33,814 bases of DNA. It comes from a virus (taxonomy: Duplodnaviria > Caudoviricetes). The stretch lies in IMG/VR virus record IMGVR_UViG_3300032261_000044, positions 1 to 33,814 of that record; one strand, given 5' to 3'. A program made the translations under genes and the position numbers. How positions within the stretch are numbered: the first letter of the stretch is position 1; each line of letters begins with the position of its first letter. A model generated the notes under the pieces. That model saw nothing but the letters and a program-made list of their open reading frames with translations, searched no databases and was not told the DNA's origin. This document shows positions 31,297 through 33,814 of the stretch, one piece after another.

Positions 31297-33104
31297 TCAT
31301 ATTGGTAACTTGCACGTCCTGAAATCTTTAGCCGTTCCACATCGGGGGCAAAGCGGTATGTTCCCCCCTTCGAGCGCCAGAGCGCGTCCGCCGAGACTAG
31401 CGCCGCCAGATGGCGGAACACGGTGGGGCGCGCAATCCCGAGCGGCTCCTCCAGGTCCTTGGCGGTGAACTCCTCGGTCCGGATATGGCGCTTGATCTCG
31501 TGGATCAGGTGATAGAGCGGAGCCGCCGCGCCGTCGATTACGTGCTCGAACAGGCCGCTCGCGGGATCGTAGCGCAGCGTCAGCTGGTGCTCTTTGAGAT
31601 GGCGCGAGCGCAGACGCAGGAGGCGCTCCGGCGCGTCGATCCCCAGTTCGCGGTAGCGCGTGATGGCGATCTGGCACTCCGTCGCCATGGTCAACCCGAA
31701 GGTGCCCGCGCCTCTCGCGTCCCAGTCGAGGGCGCTGTTAGAGCGCGTGGTGATGGATTCGTGGTGCAGCAGCAGGATCAGGCAGGAGAGGCGCTTGGCG
31801 AGCGCGTCCAGTTCGGTGATGTCGCGGCGCTCTTCCAGCACGATGTCGCCGCCGGTCTTGTGTGCTGGCCTTAAAGCGGTGTAGCTGTCGAGGACCACCA
31901 GCACGGCTTGGGTGCGGGGCACGATGATTTCCAGCCATTCCTTGAAGCCCTCGCCGAGCGGAATCGGAATGCGGTCGGGACCGTAGTAGTGAATGGGAGC
32001 GCTCCTCGGCACCTGGGCGCGCAGGTAGATGTCCTTGAAGGTGGCGTTGCCGCCGGGATCGTCCTTCTCCATCACGATCACCGCTCCGGGGGCCTTGAGC
32101 GAGTAGTAATCAAACAGCGGGCGGCGGGTGGCGAGGGCGATCGCGACCTGGGCCGCGAACGCCGTTTTACCCGAGCGCTGCGCGCCGATCATCAGCGCCA
32201 GGCCGCGCCGGGGCAGAAGGTTCTCGATCAGCGTCTCAGGCAGCGGGATGTCCAGGTCGAGGACCTCGGCCACCGTGAGAGGCGAGGGCAGCACCGCCTC
32301 GCGCTTCTCTTCGGGAGCGGGCTCTTGGTCCCCGGGCCCCGCCCGGTAGCGCTGGGCGATGTCGGCGGCCAGGGTTTCGATGTGGTCGCGCGCGTACGGC
32401 TCTTCGCAGCGCTGCTGGTTGATCTCCCAGAGCGCCGCCAGGATTTCGGGGTGGCCGCAGCCCTTGTGGCGCATGGCGCAGCCCATCCGGAACAGCGTGG
32501 GATGGCGCTTGCCTTTGGGGATGCGCTCGGGCAGCTCGAAGGGCTCCGTCGGGCCCGTGTGGTGATTGGCCGCCGCCATGATTTCCACCACCAGCCAGGG
32601 ATTGGCGGGGTTGATCCTCTCTTCGAGGATCGACTTCTTGGCGGTGTCCCACACGTATTCCTTGCCCGAGGGATGGATCGAAGGCGGCACCACGATGTAG
32701 CCGCCTTCGCCCTTGACGTCGATCCCTGGCCAGACCCCGTTGTGGCAGGGCATCTTCGCCCCGGGGGGATTCTGCCAGAGAAGCTGCGAGCCGCCGCCGC
32801 CGGTCATCTGCTGGATAGTGTCGGCGAGCGCGGTGTGGCGGGCCACCAGGGCCATGAGTGAATCGTCGCCGCCGTGGCGCGGATCGACGTCCAGGGCCCA
32901 GAAGGCGACGCCGGTGGGAATTCCGATATTGGCCTTGGGCCACTTCTTCCACCACTGGCGGATAATGGTTTCGTCCAGGGTGGCGTCTTTGTGGCCGTGC
33001 GCGGTGAGGGGCTCCTTGGCGCGCGGCTTGAGCGGGAAGACCGGCCAGCCCAGGCGGGCGGCGTAGGCCAGTGCGGCTCTGAGGAAAGGATTTTCTTCTT
33101 TCAT
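31293..33104 (-). CDS. bifunctional primase-polymerase fused to PriCT, RepA-like (AAA_25) helicase and C-terminal HTH
   Basis: GWPVFPL..K.P, ANIGI.TG, LDVD, GIDVKG.GGYIV.PPS.H.SG..Y; Walker A GAQRSGKT; Walker B LVVLDS. Confidence 0.9.
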   Translation of the reverse strand: MKEENPFLRAALAYAARLGWPVFPLKPRAKEPLTAHGHKDATLDETIIRQWWKKWPKANIGIPTGVAFWALDVDPRHGGDDSLMALVARHTALADTIQQMTGGGGSQLLWQNPPGAKMPCHNGVWPGIDVKGEGGYIVVPPSIHPSGKEYVWDTAKKSILEERINPANPWLVVEIMAAANHHTGPTEPFELPERIPKGKRHPTLFRMGCAMRHKGCGHPEILAALWEINQQRCEEPYARDHIETLAADIAQRYRAGPGDQEPAPEEKREAVLPSPLTVAEVLDLDIPLPETLIENLLPRRGLALMIGAQRSGKTAFAAQVAIALATRRPLFDYYSLKAPGAVIVMEKDDPGGNATFKDIYLRAQVPRSAPIHYYGPDRIPIPLGEGFKEWLEIIVPRTQAVLVVLDSYTALRPAHKTGGDIVLEERRDITELDALAKRLSCLILLLHHESITTRSNSALDWDARGAGTFGLTMATECQIAITRYRELGIDAPERLLRLRSRHLKEHQLTLRYDPASGLFEHVIDGAAAPLYHLIHEIKRHIRTEEFTAKDLEEPLGIARPTVFRHLAALVSADALWRSKGGTYRFAPDVERLKISGRASYQYE

Positions 33105-33189
33105 CGGGCTTGTCCGGGGGAGGTGCCGGGGGTGGATGGATGGCGGCGCGGGAAAACGCCGCGAAAATCAAAGGGCCGGGAGACATGGG

Positions 33190-33549
33190 CTAGCCTTTCT
33201 TCTGGTAGCGGTCGAGCCACTCGATGAGCGCTTCGAGGCTGTCGACCACCGCCACCGGCACGCCGTGGCCGTCCAGCTCCAGTTCGCGGATCTTCATCAC
33301 CTGCGCGGGCGAGAGCTTCCCGCCCGGGCGCTTAACCTCCATGAAGAAGAGCGGAATTACGTAATCCGGCAGGCCCGGTTCGCCGACGGTGACGGGCCGG
33401 GGGTTTTTGCCTAGGGTTGTGAATAGTCCCGATTGCAGCCGTACCGGGCGGTAGCGGTGCAGCGCCAGGTAGTCGAGGCACTGCTTCTCCACGTCGTTTT
33501 CCGTGAGCTGGATCTTGCCGGGCGAGCGTAAGCGGAAGCGCGCCATCAC
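33190..33549 (-). CDS. VRR-NUC (PD-D/ExK) nuclease, Holliday junction resolvase-like
   Basis: E.DVE..C..YL, G.PD, FMEVKRPGGKLSP.Q. Confidence 0.8.
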   Translation of the reverse strand: MMARFRLRSPGKIQLTENDVEKQCLDYLALHRYRPVRLQSGLFTTLGKNPRPVTVGEPGLPDYVIPLFFMEVKRPGGKLSPAQVMKIRELELDGHGVPVAVVDSLEALIEWLDRYQKKG

Positions 33550-33806
33550 TCCTCCTCGTTGAAGCGCACCAAACGGAATTGGCCGTTATCATGCTCCAGG
33601 CGTCCGTCCACAGGCCAGGGGATGATGCGCTTGAGGGTCTTGGGAGTGTAGTCGCTCTCCTGCAAATCGCCGTATTCGTCGTACCACTCGCGATAGCGCG
33701 TTCCGGCCTCGCGCAGCTCGCAGGATGCCAGCTGGCCGCTGCGGTCGAGGACGAAGATCTCCTCGTTGGCATTGAATTGGCTGGTGTAGCGGATCCCGGC
33801 GGGCAC
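33546..33806 (-). CDS. hypothetical protein (start uncertain at window edge)
   Basis: Stop overlaps the VRR-NUC start. Confidence 0.5.
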   Translation of the reverse strand: MPAGIRYTSQFNANEEIFVLDRSGQLASCELREAGTRYREWYDEYGDLQESDYTPKTLKRIIPWPVDGRLEHDNGQFRLVRFNEEE

Positions 33807-33814
33807 GCGCCATT

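Overview
The whole window looks like one GC-rich tailed-phage genome segment with short-tail (podovirus-like) organisation; no host genes are recognisable. (1) 1-19666, + strand: virion module with putative scaffold, major capsid, decoration, head-tail, fibre, nozzle-like and internal/ejection proteins, the last with a lytic transglycosylase domain. An antisense HNH endonuclease interrupts it. (2) 19809-27345, - strand: about 20 small accessory genes ending in a tyrosine recombinase. (3) About 27.35-28.76 kb: divergent non-coding control region. (4) 28.76-33.8 kb: small ORFs, an iteron-type origin, a primase-polymerase/helicase and a VRR-NUC nuclease. The main find is three type II hammerhead self-cleaving ribozymes (26035-26100, 26614-26679, 26947-27016, - strand). 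Each lies between a stop codon and the next ribosome-binding site at the 5' end of the small-gene operon, and each has a covarying pseudoknot. That operon is also built from a shared start-associated leader (AGGACAWAGAC-N0-2-ATG, 15 starts) and four pairs of repeated junction modules. Product calls come from motif recognition and gene order only; no database search was run.
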